NCBI RefSeq assembly: GCF_009914755.1
Contig: NC_060930.1
Origin: the human T2T-CHM13v2.0 reference genome, Homo sapiens
Length of the DNA stretch: 64,000 nucleotides
Direction: 5' to 3' (one strand)
Shown: positions 25,915 to 38,900 of the stretch, piece by piece
Position numbering within the stretch: position 1 is the stretch's first letter
Layout: each line of letters opens with the position of its first letter
Program-made: the position numbers and the translations under genes
The notes under the pieces: generated by a model
What the model was told of the DNA's origin: nothing
What the model saw: the letters and a program-made list of their open reading frames with translations, nothing else
Databases searched by the model: none

Positions 25915-26803
25915 GAACTACAAGGAACTTAAACAAATTTACAAGAAAAAAGCAAACAACCCCATTAAAAAGTGGGCAAAGGACATGAACAGATACTTCT
26001 CAAAGGAAGACATTTATGCGGTCAACAAACATATGAAAAAAAGCTCAATATCACTGATAATTACAAAACCACAGTGAGATACCATCTCATGCCAGTCAAA
26101 GTGGTGATTATTAAAAAGTCAAGAAACAACATATTTTGGTGAGGCGGTGGAGAAATAGGAATGCTTTTATACTGTTGGTGAGAATGTAAATTAGTTCAAC
26201 TCTTGTGGAAGACACTGTGACAATTTCTCAAAGACCTAGAACCAGAAATACCATTTGACCCAGCAATCCCATTACTAGGTATATAATATAACAAAAGGAA
26301 TATAAATTATTCTATTATAAAGATACATGCACACATGTGTTCACTGCAGCACTATTTACAATAGCAAAGCTATGGAATTAACCCAAATGCCCATCAATGA
26401 TAGATTGGATAAAGAAAATATGGTACATGTACACCATGGAATATTATGCAGCCACAAAAAAGAATGAGATTATATCCTTTCCAGGGACATGGATGGAGCT
26501 GGAAGCCATTATCCTTAGCAAACCCGTGCGGGAACAGAAAACCAAACACCACACGTTCTCACTTATAAGTGGAAGCTGAACAATGTGAACACATAGACAC
26601 AGGGAGGGGAAAAACACACACTGGTACCTGTTGCGGGGTGGGTGCAGGGGGAGGGAGAGCATCAGGAAAAATAGCTAATGCATGCTAGGCTTAATACCTA
26701 GGTGATAGGTTGATAGGTGCAGCAAATGACCATGTCACATGTTTACCTATGTAACAAGCCTGCACATTCTGTACATGTATCCCAGAACTTAAAATAAGAT
26801 AAA
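25915..26803 (+). mobile_element. 5'-truncated L1PA (L1PA13-like)
   Basis: ORF2 C-terminal remnants ([27 protein letters not shown]); 3'UTR gagcatcaggaaaaatagctaatgcatgc; TSD at 26804-26818. Confidence 0.92.
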
Positions 26804-27006
26804 AATTATTCTCCTCTTCTTGTACTCCATGCCTTCCTTCTCTTCCTCCTCCTTTTCTACATCACCATTCATACATATTTTCTGTTAGTGATTCCCACCA
26901 ACAAAACTTAGAAATTCAGCCTTTTGACTGAATTTATGCTGTGTGAAAGTAAACATTTGAGTAGGTCTGTGGAATTTCTATATGTTTTTAAACATTTAGC
27001 TATTAA

Positions 27007-27354
<348 letters not shown>

Positions 27355-28349
27355 ACATATTTAGATGTTATTATTCTCATATACATAGCCTAAAGAAGCA
27401 TAAGTTTAAGGCAAAATTGAGGTTTTTGGAGATCATAAAATCTCTGTATTAAAGTCTTAGAACAGCAGGTAGGCCAATAAGCTAAAAACCAATTAGCTTA
27501 AAATAAATGTAAAGAACTTTAATTCACAAAATGTACTAAATCTCTTTAATTTACTAAAATTTTGTTTCTTTTAAACTGTTTTAAATGTTTACATGAATTA
27601 TGGAATGATATTAACAGCTTGCAATGATTACTGCAAAATTTGATTGATCAATTGTTTTATAGCAGCATTAGAGAAACTTGAACTTACCAAAGGCTAAAAT
27701 CAGAAGGTGTTTTTATCTAATATGAGTGTATGTAATATTTTAAAACATTTATTTTAAAGTCAAATAAAATTTCAAAACTGAGCATGGGGTTTTTCTATTT
27801 ATATTGAATTTGTTTGGATCATATTTTTGATAATTTTTTATTTTGCCAAAATTTTAGCATTTTATGATTTTATCTTCAGTTTCTTAAGTAGCATGTCAAT
27901 CTTGGTTTATGATTTATAGCAATTAGTAGCCAAAAGTTATTATTAATTGCCAGTACATTTCTGATTTTATCCTTCTATTTTGGGGTATTTTTAAGCAACT
28001 TTTGGAAATTCCTTTATCATTTTACTCATGGTTTTTCAGTACAAAATTGTAGGTACCAATTATATGATTAATTCCAATAATTCCTTTCTGGCTTTCCTCC
28101 TCAGTTCTGTTCTATTGGGTTAAATATTTCACACTTTCATTTACATTTTCATGTCTCTTCTTTCTGTAAACTGCTACCAAACTGATATACTCCAATTGTT
28201 CCTTATAAAGTAGAGAAAATTGGAGCATTTTACTCTATGGATATTGTTTTGGTTGCTTCTGATTTATTTGGATGCTTTTGGATATCATTTTATTGTTTCA
28301 AACTTTAACCACTTTTAGTTTTTCTTTTCACCAATTCCTCGTATGGCAT

Positions 28350-28448
28350 GTGTATCAGTCAGAAGGTCTGGAGATAGGGCCAAACATGAGTATTTTTAAA
28401 AGTTCCCTAAGTGAGTCTCATTTATAGCCAAGATTGAAAGCCATTGGC
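28350..28448. mobile_element. MER5-type hAT-Charlie fragment
   Basis: ggtctggagatagggcc...tatttttaaaagttccctaagtga...gattgaaagccattg. Confidence 0.55.
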
Positions 28449-28700
28449 TGGGATGCTGTATGCATCCAGTACGCAAGGTTCTTTGTGGCACCTGTTCCCA
28501 GAATCCAAGAGGCTAGTGAACTGGTATAAGCTTGGCAAACAGGTAAGAGCCTGAGAATTCTAATCAGAATGATGAGTCAGGTTGCTGCCTACTTGACTTC
28601 AACTTTTCCTATTTATAAATATTAAGCTGCACCTGCCATGATTTTATCACTAGGTGCCCCATGATCATTAGCCATTGCCACAGATCTCTGTGTGTCAAAA

Positions 28701-29214
28701 TGTTGCAGTCTTTCTGCTCCTTAGCTCAGTTAGGTTTGAGATCTTCAGGAAGAACTAGGTGCTCTGACACTGGAAAGTGAGTGGACTAGAATTTATTAAG
28801 TGAAAGGAAAGCTCTCAACAAAGAGAGGATGTGGGGTGAGTGGTTCCCTTACCTGAAGGCTGGAAAGCCCCTTCTCTGTAACTGGGTCCAGGGCCTTTTA
28901 TGGACTCAGAATGAGGTATGCATGCTGATTGGTTTGTGAGTATGAAAATAAGGTTGAAGTAAAGACACCACTCAAAGGTGGGCATGACAGTGTAGAAAAC
29001 CAATTAGGAAAGGTAGGTATATGTAAAATAGATGAAGGGTGGGCATCAATCAGAGGACAGCATGCCAAACAGGAAGACAAGTTCTCAATTTGGTCCAAGG
29101 ATTTCACTTGTAGCTTGGCTTTCAGGCTTTAAACTGTCTTCAGCTTGGAGGTAGGGTTTCACTGGAGACCTGCTCCTATCTGCCTAGGCATTTGGCTGCT
29201 TCCTGTCACTCTCA
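28701..29214 (-). mobile_element. ERV1 solo LTR, MER61-like
   Basis: Minus strand starts tgagagtgacaggaagcagccaaatgcctaggcagatagg...gtgaaacc; TG...CA ends; 4-bp TSD aaaa. Confidence 0.85.
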
Positions 29215-29557
29215 AAAACATTCTGATTTCTACCCTGTCTTTACAGCTGATGTGGTTCTAAAGGTTAGGCACTTCTAGCTGGCTTCTACCATGCCAGGGT
29301 CCCACAGTCACCACTGAACTCAGACAGCTTGATTCCTTTGCAGTATCTCTCCCCATCATCTATACTCTATAGAAGACAGACTTCACAGAGCTTTCTAAGA
29401 GTGTCATTGCTTCCTTTGCCAATACATTTCTTAATGTCCTTCTGAAAGTGTGTTCCCTGGGCCCTTCAAGGGATTATGATTAGGGGAATGGCTGGGCAGG
29501 CTGTGTATGATAGATCCAGCCAGGTACTCTCATCTTCATGAGATTTTGAACTCCTTT

Positions 29558-30571
29558 TGATAGAGGCAGGAGGCAGAGAAATTCTAGGCAGACAGGGGTA
29601 GGTCCCTGGTGAAACCCCACCTTCAAGCCAAGGTAGCCTGAAACCAGTGACCCGAAGTGAAAACTTCTATTCCTGTTTTCCTGCTCTCTCCTGATTGGTT
29701 CTTTCTGAATAATGTGTTTTTACCAATTGAATGTTGCCATTTCCAAAACTACCTATGGCCTGCCCCACTCCCATCCTGAGCCTATAAAGACCCCAGACTC
29801 AGTTGGTAGAAAAGAGAAGTGGGACTTTGGGGAAGAGAGACAGCTTGATTTAGGGGAAGAGATGGCTGGACTTTGGGGAGAAGACCACCTGACTTCAGGA
29901 AAGACTACCTGCCCTTCCCATCCCCTCTCCAGCTCCCCTCTCTGCTGAGAGTCATTTCCACTGCTCAGTAAAATTATCCACCTTCACCATCCTTCCGGTG
30001 TCTGCATAACCTCATCCTTCTTGGACACTGGACAGGAGCTCAGGACCCACTGATTGTGAGTACCCAAAAAGGCTGTCACACTGGCCCTTTGCACTTGCTG
30101 GTGGAGGGCAGCCACCTCATGTGATGAGGCAAGGGGCCAACTGAGCTGTTAACACATGGCTGTCTGCAGACAGCAGAACTATAGGAGTCTGTAACACCCC
30201 CTCTGGGGCTTTGGGGTGGCAGGCACCCCAACACCTGGGCACCACCGCATGGAGCTTGCTCCTACCATCAGAGTGGCCAGCTGGATCCCACACTTGTTTT
30301 CTCACAGCTGGTCTGGCCATAAGCCCCACATGGAGCTTTCTACTGCCAGCACCCAGAGCGGCTGGCTGGATTCACACTTGTTTACTCATGCCTTGTCTGG
30401 CCATGTGCTCTATGTGGAGCTTGCTCCTGCCAGTGCCTGGAGTGGCTGGCCGGGACCCACACTCACTCATTCACGTGCTCCCTCCTGAAAGGGTTTGAGC
30501 ACAGCAGGCTGAGTAAATATTTGCCCCTGTTGCGAGTCCAGTGATGGGGCTGAGAAAAAAATCCTGCATCA
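29558..30571 (+). mobile_element. ERV1 solo LTR, LTR28/LTR27/MER52 group
   Basis: tgatagaggcaggaggcagagaaattctaggcag...aaaatcctgcatca; CCAAT/ATTGG boxes, cctataaag, three internal ~85-bp ggagctt repeats. Confidence 0.85.
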
Positions 30572-30599
30572 CCTTCTCTATAGTATATCAGGGATTTAA

Positions 30600-31620
30600 G
30601 TTCTAGCATTTCAGTATTACTGATTATAAGCCATGGATGAGTCTAAGCTTCAGTTAATCTACCTCGTAGACTGTTACTGTTACTGGCATTTGCCTGTGGA
30701 AACACAGTATACATTAAATCTCAAATCCTCTGTGATTATACCCTATCAGTTTATTTGCTCCATTTTCATGAATGTAATATTAGAATCCATACATATATGT
30801 ACATGCTTCTAAAATTCTTGCTGATTCATATTGCCAAGATCATGCATTTCTTTTAGGTACATAGGCTATCTCCTTCTGGATTAGGCCTTATTCCTCTCTG
30901 ACTGGGTTATGCTGGGATTCAACTTTAGTTACGGATCTGGAGATGATGAAGGATGGTAAGGAAAGGTCCTCAGGGAAATAGGCAATTGCCTTTGTCTTAT
31001 TAGTCAACTACTCCTGGTGATACCAGGGGAAGGTTGGTTCTTCTCTGCCAGGAGAGGAGGGGCTGCTTCTGCTGGTAGACAAAGTTCAGGGAGATTTGGG
31101 GACTCAAAGTTCTCAGCTTTGTCTTGTCTGCCCAATGTCCTTATCTCCTGTCTTACAGCTCTGCTTCTTTCCCAGTGCTCTTGCCTTGACATGAGACATG
31201 TCAAGTATACATATTTATTTGGTGTTGCAACTCCCAAATCCTTATATTCAAGTCCTCTAGTTGATCCTTAGCCATACCTTCTGTATGGATACTGACAGTA
31301 AGGGGCTCTTTTAAAGCTGCTATAGCACTTTCTGATTTTCTACTTGTGCCTTGTGTTGTGCATTTGAAGCTTTCAATTTGTCCTTTTTTGTATGATGTTC
31401 TCTAGAATTATAAGAAGCAGCTATCACATGACACAATTTTTATAATCATCATTATCACCCAAGCAACTACATGCCACATCAAATTTATCTCTTCCCTTTT
31501 ATGCCACTACTGATAATTTGATCATGATGCTACTGAATATCATATCTTCTCCCCTTCCCCATCAAGGAAGAAAGTTATACATATGACCATCAAATATTTA
31601 AGCAAACTTATTCCATAATC
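30600..31620 (-). mobile_element. Possible ancient ERVL/MaLR internal remnant
   Basis: Minus-strand aaagctgagaactttgagtccccaaat resembles ERVL-int gag-region sequence (recalled, weak). Confidence 0.35.
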
Positions 31621-31714
31621 CAATTCTGAGAGTCTGTTTCCTAGGGCCTATTTTTGTACCAATTATTATAATTTTTAGGATCCTGGGAGAAAATAGTTTC
31701 TGCATGCATTGAGG

Positions 31715-32105
31715 GTGAATATGCAATATGTGATCCTGCATTCAACCCTGGACTAGAATTTTTGGATAGAAGACATTATTAAGTCAATTGGAAGAATTTG
31801 AGTAAGATCTATAGTTCAGATAATAGCATTGCATTAATGTTAATTTTCCTTTTTTTCAAATAATGCTATGGATATGCAAGGTAATATCTTTAGTTCTTGT
31901 TTTTAGGAAAATACACACATTGAATTTGCTAGACTGGGCATCAGACATGAAACTTTCAAATAATTCAGAAAAAGTAATAATTACACACATATGCAGAGTG
32001 ATTGTATATGATATTAAACATTGGGGAATCTGAGGAAAAGATATAGATAAGTTCTGTATATTAATTATTTTCTAAATATTTAAAAATATATCAAAATAAA
32101 ATACA
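31715..32105 (+). mobile_element. L1MC/ME 3' end
   Basis: atgcaatatgtgatcctg...ttggggaatctgaggaaaag...tatatcaaaataaa. Confidence 0.65.
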
Positions 32106-32411
32106 GAAGAAAGAGTGTTGGAAAAGAATTCAAGAAAGTGTCTATAACATGGGCAAAGTTAAAGATAATTAACAGGGAGGATGAAGTATCCCAGGACTGG
32201 CAACAGGAGGGAGTTGCTAACAATTCTATGTTTGAAAGAACAAGTTAACTGAGCAGTTACTGGAGGTCAGCAAGACTTGTACCTGTTAGAGAGGGTAACC
32301 CAATAGGAAATGTGGTCATAGGGGAAAGGAACTTAGCCCCTGTCAACCTGTGGCACAACAGGAAGGAACTCAAGGAAATAAATACCCTCACCATCTTTTA
32401 TTCTTACCATA

Positions 32412-32826
32412 TGTTAGGTCAGGCACTCTAAGAAGCAGATACTAAGATGGAATTAGACATGCAATAGATTTATTGAGGAAATGCCCATGAGAGAAAATAG
32501 GGAGGAAGCCAAGGAGGCACGTAAAGTCTGTGGCGAGAGGGAAGGAAGATTTTGTCTTCCTCTGATGCAGTTCTAATAAAGCTGACATGCTGTTCTAATA
32601 AAACTTCAAAATGGAAGCCATCTATTAATGGAGTCTCAGCTATTCTGGGAGTGAACCTCCCTTAGTTTCTTTGATGTGTTCAGTGATTGCTTGGGAGTAG
32701 CCCATAGGATGTAGCCTTCAGACACATATGTGTTGATGAATTTCAGAATACCCCAACTGGGGTTGTCAATCAATTATACTACTGAGAGTTGGAATTCTGA
32801 AAGATGCATTTTCATGGCTGCCATAA
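32412..32826 (-). mobile_element. Old ERVL LTR (LTR33/40/41-like)
   Basis: tgttaggtcagg...aagaagcagatactaagatggaattagacatgcaatagatttattgagg. Confidence 0.65.
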
Positions 32827-35103
32827 CCCCCACTGGCCACCAGCTGAAGTAGAAGGAAAAGGAGGCAGGTTGATAAGGTTCATAAAGGTCCAATTTCCTG
32901 GAGAATGTTGGAGAAAGTTAGAGTAGGATGGGGCAGGGTGGATCTACAGAGTTGATCTAATCCAGCCTGAGTCAACAAAGAGGATTTCAGATAGATGTAG
33001 GACCCCTTGAAGACATTCTGTAGCTGTACTTGAAGGTTGAGTGCAGTGAAAAGGTCAGGCAAGGTAGAACAACCCTATGCAATTGAGGATTGAAAAGGAA
33101 AGGAGGAAAATTGCCCAATCCTTGACAGTGATGAATTCACAGGTAGGGAGCAGGGAAGGGGGACAAAGATTCAAAGTGTGATATGGCTGGAACCCAGGGG
33201 AATAAATATATATGAAGAATTTTTAAATAACATGAGAGCTAAGATTTGTGACATTAGGAACTCGAGGTCAGCTGCAAAGGAAAGAATTGTCCTCCCTCAG
33301 AGAATCATGGAAGCCTGTGATGGAAGATGGCCAGTGAGCCTACACACTAAAGAATATTCTAAATATATTAGCATCTGTTTTGCTATCTTAGAACACTGGC
33401 ACCCTTGAGACAATGAAAAGAAATCGTGGTAGTGAATTGCTTAGAACTCAAGTTCTTCCTGACTGTGTGGGATGCTGAGAGCCCTTCACCAATTCTGGAC
33501 AGACTGTCTGGTGTAGGGACAATTTCAGACCAGTGCTGAGCCCCTCAAAATTTCTCTAAGGGAAATTTGAAAGGATTGACAAATTTGGGTGCAAAAACAT
33601 TATGGTCTAATAAAAACAACAGACTCAATCCTAATGATAGACCGACAGGGACTTTTTAGGAGTTTTTCCACTTTTCATATGTCTGAAGGAGAAGGAAAAT
33701 GAATAGGTAACAAAGTAAATGGCAAATCCAGGTGATAAACTAAGTTTTTTGAATCTTAAACCATTACCTCTTATTTAAGAAACTCATGAATGCTTACTAG
33801 GGGGGCAGAATACCATGGTTAAAGAAAGAAAGATTCAAGGATAAGAAAAGGAGTAATTGCTTTCTCTAATAAGATACAATGAAATGGCAAGAGGAGAAGG
33901 TTGAAAAGAGAAAAACAAAATGAAACAAAACAAAAAGAAGCTCTTTTATTTAATGAAAGAAGCTATGATACAATGTTTCCAAAATTCAGACCTCTTTCTA
34001 TAAAAGACTAAAATTGTTTTTATGAATATCCTCTAGTCACCTCAGTCTTACTACCACTGTAGTGATGTATTAACTGATTTCTAGGGTTTTTTCACTGGAG
34101 ATTTTGGGGAAAAGGTAGGGAAGTGAGCACTTTTTAAAACAAATTTTAAAATATTTCAATAATTCATATTATTTTGAGAATTAGTACCCTTTTGGAAACT
34201 CATTAATGAAAAAATATTATCCAGTGAATATTTTCTAAGATTTATAACAGATGGGAGTTGCAAAATATTAAAATAATTTAGTGTTCTAGCAAAAATACCT
34301 ATGAAAATTTATAGCTGTGATGTTGTGTGACACTTTTTTGGAGGACAGGATATAATATAACACACATGCTTCTGATTATAGTACTTATTTTTAAGGTTTG
34401 TTTAGCAAAATTCCTAACCATAAATTTTCCTAGCTGAATAATTCATTTAATTATAAATACAGATGGCTTTTCTAATAAGGTTGCCTTTCTTATTCTAAAG
34501 GTTACAATTTTCTTATTGTTGTTATTTTCTGGGATGCCAGTCAATCAGGGCTTCCTGATGATATTACTTACCTATTTATTCCACTCAGCACAGAGCATAG
34601 TGCCTGGCAAGCAGTGATTCTTGTTGAATAAGTGAATGTGAGTGATTGTAGAAGAAAAACTATATGCTGGATTCTATTGGACTGTTAGAAAATGAAGTAT
34701 TTCAAAAGATTTTATAAACTTGGATTGTAGTCTCTTTAAGTCATTTGTTGCTCATAGTGTTTAATTGAAATATAATTGTTTTTATTTGTAGATTCACAGT
34801 TACAATACTTTTTAGGGTTTATAGACTTACAGTTGCAATGTTAACTGGGGTACCTCAAACCACTAAAAGTAAGACTGAAATGTCCAGAATCGGCAGTTTC
34901 TCTGATTTCATATTTTTATGATGAATAATAGCATTTTAACTGTAATTATAACTTTATATTGTTGTGTATACCATATCAAGTAAGACAACTTGGTTTTCAT
35001 AGGAAACGAAGTGATGCTAGTTTTGATCTGAAATGGTAAAAAATCTTGAGTTTTTGCCGTTAGAATATTAAATCAGTCAAATTATCTAGTGTGTAAAAAA
35101 ATT

Positions 35104-35264
35104 TCAAATTTGTTCTTTGATTTTACTGGTGAAGTAATCATCAGTTGATTCAAATACTTGACCTTTGTAGTTCTGTGTGGTTTTAAAATCTTCGTTTCTC
35201 ATACAATCCAGTGGATAAATATTGTGGAATTCTTGGGTACAGAACATTCTGCTCTTTTGAACTA
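35104..35264 (-). pseudogene. Candidate exon (VVQKSRMFCTQEFHNIYPLDCMRNEDFK...)
   Basis: Acceptor ttctatgttcttcttaatacag| followed by ~53 open codons; no donor identified. Confidence 0.25.
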
Positions 35265-35333
35265 CTGTATTAAGAAGAACATAGAAATAACATAATACAT
35301 ATTGATTTAGCAGTATGATTATTATAACAAGGC

Positions 35334-35687
<354 letters not shown>

Positions 35688-35961
35688 TAAAAATATGTAT
35701 TAACAATCCCTAAGCTTTATAAACATGCTGACATTTACACAAACTGCTTTAAACAAATATGATTTTTATTCTATGTAGTTTTTATGATCTTCAAAACTGA
35801 TGGTATTGACAAAACAATCTTTAGATATTTTAATAAAGTTTATTTTTGTTATTTTTATTATTTTTTAAACCCAATTTATTGTATTTAACCCACTTGAACT
35901 CTTTTATCATCTCTGTTCTTTCCCCTCTCAGCTCCTACCACTTGAAATATTTTCTATAGGG

Positions 35962-38900
35962 TTTCTTTTTTAAACTTTTATTTTAGGTTCATGGGAACAT
36001 GCGCAGGTTTCTTATACAGATTAACTCTTGTCGTGAAGGTTTGTTGGACAGATTATTCTGTCACCCAGATACTAAGTCTAGTACTCAATATTTTTTCTAA
36101 TCCTCTCCTTCCTCCTACCTTCCAACCTCACGTAGGCCCCAATGTATGTTGTTCCCCTCTATGGGTCAATGTGTTCTCATCATTTAGCTCCCACTTACAA
36201 GTGAGAACATGTGGTATGTGGTTTTCTGTTTCTGCATTAGTTTGTTATGGATAATAGAATTCAGTTCCATCCATGTTCCTGCAAATAACATGACCTCGTT
36301 CTTTTTTATAGCTGTATGGTATTTCATGGTGTGTACGTACCACATTTTCTTTATCCAAATTGCCATTAATGGACATTTAGGTTGATTATATGTCTTTGCT
36401 ATTGTGAATAGAGCTGCAATGAACATACATGTGAATGGGTCTTTTTGATAGAATGATTTATAATCATTTGGGTATATACCAAGTAATAGGATCGCTGGGT
36501 TGAGTGGTATTTCTCTCTTTAGGTCTTTGAGGAATTGTTACACTGTCTTCCAAAATGGTTGAACTAATTTACGCTCCCACCTACGGTGTATAAGTGTTCT
36601 CTTTTCTCTGCAATTTAACAGCATCTGTTATTTTTTGACTTTTTAGTAATGAACATCCTAACTGGTGTGAAATGGTATCTCATTGTGGTTTTCATTTGTA
36701 TTTCTCTAATGATCAGTGATTTTGAGAGTTTTTTTTTTTTTAATATGCTTTTTGGCTATATGTATGTCTTCTTTTGCAAAGTGTCCCTTGCCCACTTTTT
36801 GATGGGTTGTTTTTTTCTTGCAAATTTGTTTAAATTTCTTACAGGTGCTGGATATTAGAACTTTGCCAGATGCATAGTTTGCAAGTATATTCTTCCAGTC
36901 TGTAGGTTGTCTGTTTACTCTGTTGATACCTTCTTTTGCTGTGCAGAAGCTCTTTCATTTAATTAGATCCCATTTGTCAATTTTTGTTTTTGTTGTGATC
37001 GCTTTTGGTATCTTTGTCATGAAATCGTTGTCAGTTCCTATGTCCAGAATGGTATTGCCGAGGTTGTCTTCCAAGGTTTTTATAGTTTTGGGTTTTAAAT
37101 TTAAGTCTTTAATCCATCTGAAGTTGATTTTTTTTATATGGTGTAAGGAATGGGTCCAGTTTCAATCTTCTGCATATGGCTAGCCAGTTATCCCAGCACC
37201 AGTTATTGAATAGAATAAGAAGTCATTTTCCAATTGCTTGTTTTTTTCAGCTTTGTTAAAGATCAGATAGTAGTAGGTGTGCTGTCTTACTTCTGGCCTT
37301 TTTGTTCTGTTCCATTGACCTATGCATCTATTTTTGTACCAGTACCATGCTCTTTTGGTTACTGTAGCCCTTTAATACAGTTTGAAGTTGGGTAAAATTA
37401 TACTTCCAGCTTTGTTTTTGTTTCTTAGGGCTGTCTTAGTTATTTGGACTCTTTTTTGCTTCCAAATTAATTTTACAATAGTTGTTTTTCCCTTTCCTGT
37501 GAAGAATGTCATTGGTGGTTTGATAGGAATAACATTAAATCTGTTAACTGCTTTGAGCAGTATGACTATTTTGATGATATTTATTCTTCCTATCCATGAG
37601 CACAGAATGTTTTTTTTTCCCATTTGTTTGTGTTATCTGATTTTTTTGAGCAGTGTTTTTTAATTCTCATTGTAGAGATCTTTCACCTCCCTGATTAGCT
37701 GTATTCCTAGGTATTGTATTCTTTTTGTGGCAATTGTGAATGGGATTGTGTTCCTGATTTGGCTCTTGGTTTAGCTGCTGTTTGTGTACAGAAGTGCTAG
37801 TGGTTTTTGTATGATGATTTTTAAAAAATTTTATTTTATTATTATTATACTTTAAGTTTTAGGGTACATGTGCACAACGTGCAAGTTTTACTGAAGTTGT
37901 TTATCAGCTTAAGAAGCTTTTGGGCTAAAACTATAGTGTTTTCTAGATAGAGAATCATGTCAGCTGCAAACAGGAATAGTTTGACTTCCTCTCTGACCTA
38001 TTTGGATACCCTTTATTTCTTTCTCTTGCCTGACTGCTGTGGCCAGGACTTCCAACACTATGTTGAATAAGAAGGTTGAAAAGAGGGCATACTTGTCTTG
38101 TGGAATGCTTCCAGCTTTTGCCCATTCAGTATGATGTTGGCTGTCGGTTTCTCATAGATGGCTCTTATTGTTTTGAGGTATGTTCCTTCAATACTGAGTT
38201 TGTTGAGAGTTTTTAACATGAAGGACTGTTGAATTTTATTGAAAGCCTTTTCTGCATCTATTGAGATAATCAGGTGGTTTTTGTCTTTAGTTCTGTTTAT
38301 GTGATGAATAATGTTTACTGATTTGCATATGTTGAACCAACTTTCCATCCCAGGGATAAAGCCTACTTGATCATGGTAGAGTAGCTTTTTGATGTGCTGC
38401 TGAATTCAGTTTACTAGTATTTTGTTGAGGATTTTTCCATTAATATTCATCAGGAATACTGGCCTGAAGTTTTCTTTATTTGTTGTGTCTCTGCCCAGTT
38501 TTGGTATCAGCATGATGCTGGCCTCCTAGAATGAGTTGGGGAGGAGTCTCTCCTCCTCAATGTTTTGGGGATAATTTCAGTAGGAATGGTACCAGCTCTT
38601 CTTTGTACATCTGGTACAATTCAGCTGTGAATCTGTTTAGTTCTAGGCTTTTTATGGTCTCATTTACTGAATCACAAAATCATTGAATCAGGCTATTTAT
38701 TTCTGATTCTTCTAGGTTTCCTAAAGGTGTTTATATTGATCTCTCATGGTTGGTTGTAATTCTGTGGAGTCAGTGATAACATCCCCTTTGTCATTTCTAA
38801 TTGTGCTTATTTGTATCCTCTCTTTTTTCTTCTTTTTAGTCTAGCTAGCAGCCTAACTAACTCTTGGATGTGTTGATCTTTTGAGTGGTATTTTTTTTCT

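Noticed and set aside
30117-30498. Overlapping ORFs with repeated peptides
   Set aside because: They come from the internal ~85-bp repeats of the ERV1 LTR.
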